A DNA stretch of 16,327 bases from a virus. Below the pieces are notes generated by a model, which saw only the letters and a program-made list of their open reading frames with translations, had not been told where the DNA came from and did no database searches. Below, piece by piece: positions 14,713-16,327 of the stretch (within the stretch, counting starts at the first letter, position 1; the number at the start of each line of letters is the position of its first letter). Position numbers and translations under genes: made by a program. The stretch lies in UHGV virus genome UHGV-1577189; one strand, written 5' to 3'.

Positions 14713-15012
14713 TCAGATGTTAAACGCTATTCGTTTTCCTGTGGGAAGCTCAACATCCAGGCTTAATTTGCCTCCCATAGCTTCAACGTAACGCTTTAAT
14801 GTCGCCAGCTTTAAATCATTTCCGCGCTGCTCCAGCTTTGTTACTGCTGGCTGGCTTATACCCATCGCCTCAGCAACCTGTTTTTGTGATAACTGGAGTT
14901 CTTCACGCATCATCTGCAAGCCGACCTCAAGAATCATCTCATCTGCCATTTCTTTAATTCGCGCCTGGCTTTCAGGTGAACGGCTGGCAATCACCTCATC
15001 TAATGTTCTCAT
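14713..15012 (-). CDS. higA: HigA-like HTH antitoxin (addiction module antidote)
   Basis: 99 aa; HTH LSQKQVAEAMGISQPAVTKLEQRGN; directly downstream of and overlapping a RelE/HigB-like toxin gene. Confidence 0.7.
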   Translation of the reverse strand: MRTLDEVIASRSPESQARIKEMADEMILEVGLQMMREELQLSQKQVAEAMGISQPAVTKLEQRGNDLKLATLKRYVEAMGGKLSLDVELPTGKRIAFNI

Positions 15013-15365
15013 TACTTGCTCTCCAGTGTGTTCAGATGTGCTGCAAACTCATCCTCAGCTATACGCACCAGTTTTTCATAAAACCGTTTATCGTTACTTT
15101 TGTCTCCTGCACAAAGAACGATGGCCCGGCGAATCGGATCGAACGCATAAAAGGCTCTTATCGGACGGCCAGAAAACTGAACGCGAAGCTCTTTCATATT
15201 TTTGTACCGAGAACCTTTTACGGTATCGGCATATGGCCTGGGTAACTCAGGTCCGTAAACCTGTAGCTTTTTCAAATCAGCCAAAACCTTTTCCTGAAGA
15301 GCGTCTTCTTGCTCATTTAGCCAGTCGTCAAATCGCTGGCTAAAAAGTACCGTCCACATGCTCAA
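15012..15365 (-). CDS. higB: HigB/RelE-family toxin (addiction module killer protein)
   Basis: 117 aa; motifs LRVQFSGRPIRAFYAF and IVLCAGDKSNDKRFYEK match the killer-protein family; toxin-first gene order is typical of HigBA. Confidence 0.7.
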   Translation of the reverse strand: MSMWTVLFSQRFDDWLNEQEDALQEKVLADLKKLQVYGPELPRPYADTVKGSRYKNMKELRVQFSGRPIRAFYAFDPIRRAIVLCAGDKSNDKRFYEKLVRIAEDEFAAHLNTLESK

Positions 15366-15368
15366 TCC

Positions 15369-15414
15369 TATAACCTGTAGTTTATATCACTAACTATATA
15401 ACCTGTGGGTTATA
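15369..15414. promoter_or_regulatory. Operator/promoter of the HigBA-like operon
   Basis: Perfect inverted repeat TATAACC-TGTG-GGTTATA (15397-15414) plus a related half-site TATAACCTGTAG (15369-15380) directly upstream of the toxin start. Confidence 0.4.
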
Positions 15415-15603
15415 ATTTCAAGAAAAACGGGGCTATTTAACATAATGGACGTTATCGGCACCACCGGATCACCGTTCATTGTCGGATCTAAAAAATCCGC
15501 TCAAAAGATCATGTTTTCCTGGGCGTTTTCCACCGTTTTTTATGTTGCTTATTTGTTAATGAAATCTCGTTTTCAGTTTCGCCTCATTTTCGACGCGAAA
15601 GCC

Positions 15604-15894
15604 CTATTTTTGTGACTTTACTCCTGGCATATGGACTTCCCAGCGACGAATCCCCATAGCTGCGCAAAAATCAGCCACATAATTCAATCCCGCCCATTCG
15701 CGGATACCACCACGGGCTTTTTCAATGAAAACGGCAATCCCTTTTTTATTGAGAGCAAAAAGCCGCCAGCTTTTTGTCACTTCGTCCTGGGTAGCCACAA
15801 CACAAGTGAAAGCTCCCATGCGATACAGGTCCAAGAACTCTTTGCGTGTTTTGCGTACAAGTTCCATAACAAACCTCATATTTGCATGTTTCAA
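15604..15894 (-). CDS. Hypothetical protein (96 aa), second gene of an overlapping two-gene cassette
   Basis: ATGA overlap with the upstream HTH gene at 15891-15894; no family recognised. Confidence 0.5.
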   Translation of the reverse strand: MKHANMRFVMELVRKTRKEFLDLYRMGAFTCVVATQDEVTKSWRLFALNKKGIAVFIEKARGGIREWAGLNYVADFCAAMGIRRWEVHMPGVKSQK

Positions 15895-16178
15895 ACATCT
15901 GTTTTGTTATCAATGAAGATTAACCCTAACCCAGCGAAGTAACACAGCAGCGCCCAGGCTGCATACGGAATGCTGGATCTGGATGTGGACTCCTTTAACA
16001 TCTGCCAGTTGCGAACATTGCGACTATCTTTTAAGCCAAGTTTTTTGGCCAACTGCGATCCGCTCATTCCGGTCAGGCCAATGACTGCCCGAACTTCTCC
16101 ACATGTAGGAGATTCCCATTCATCCGCTTTTTTTAAACAAGCCGGATTCAACATTTTTAAAACAGTATCTTTATCCAT
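15891..16178 (-). CDS. HTH protein with C-terminal hydrophobic (possible transmembrane) segment
   Basis: ATG at 16178 with RBS GGAG 6 nt upstream; HTH-like VIGLTGMSGSQLAKKLGL then IPYAAWALLCYFAGLGLIFI. Confidence 0.55.
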   Translation of the reverse strand: MDKDTVLKMLNPACLKKADEWESPTCGEVRAVIGLTGMSGSQLAKKLGLKDSRNVRNWQMLKESTSRSSIPYAAWALLCYFAGLGLIFIDNKTDV

Positions 16179-16208
16179 AACCATCTCCATTTATTATATC
16201 TACGATGG

Positions 16209-16225
16209 TAGGAAATCTTTTCCTA
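16209..16225. promoter_or_regulatory. Inverted repeat TAGGAAA-TCT-TTTCCTA upstream of the HTH gene (operator candidate)
   Basis: Perfect 7-bp arms; a related palindrome GAAAC-GAT-GTTTC lies at 16282-16294 (also 59-71). Confidence 0.4.
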
Positions 16226-16272
16226 TGTGGCAATAGAAATTTACTACATTGCGTATAAGACAAGTTTTCTAT

Positions 16273-16327
16273 GTCTAATAGGAAACGATGTTTCTTACGT
16301 TTTATCGCGTTCTGATGGCTACTGTGT
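16273..16327. repeat. Terminal overlap copy 2 (identical to 50..104)
   Basis: Exact 55-nt match to the start of the biological sequence. Confidence 0.85.

Noticed and set aside
1-16327. Integrase, transposase or IS element
   Set aside because: No tyrosine-recombinase or DDE-transposase-like ORF and no terminal inverted repeats were seen; the only recombinase is a small resolvase-type serine recombinase.

Overview
This window is a circular plasmid-like element of about 16.2 kb: bases 1-49 are Illumina Nextera adapter, and bases 50-104 repeat exactly at 16273-16327. The backbone is plasmid-type: an IncFII-like RepA with a CopA-like antisense RNA candidate and a DnaA-box origin, a small serine resolvase, a ParA/ParG-like partition pair and a HigB/HigA-like toxin-antitoxin pair. 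Embedded in it is a phage-like regulatory core with no virion, lysis, integrase or phage replication genes: a CI-like repressor divergent from a Cro-like gene across ACCAC-N5-GTGGT operators, a six-gene overlapping nin-like operon (DUF1064, Q-like), and an Ant antirepressor with candidate antisense RNAs. The main unexplained signals are a 96-bp near-identical promoter/leader duplicated ahead of two unrelated genes, a ~22-bp AT-rich motif recurring at six promoters, and a small hydrophobic peptide gene facing an sRNA candidate that shares a 20-nt repeat with its leader (type I toxin-antitoxin-like). All calls come from reading the sequence and ORF track and from remembered family signatures; no searches were run.
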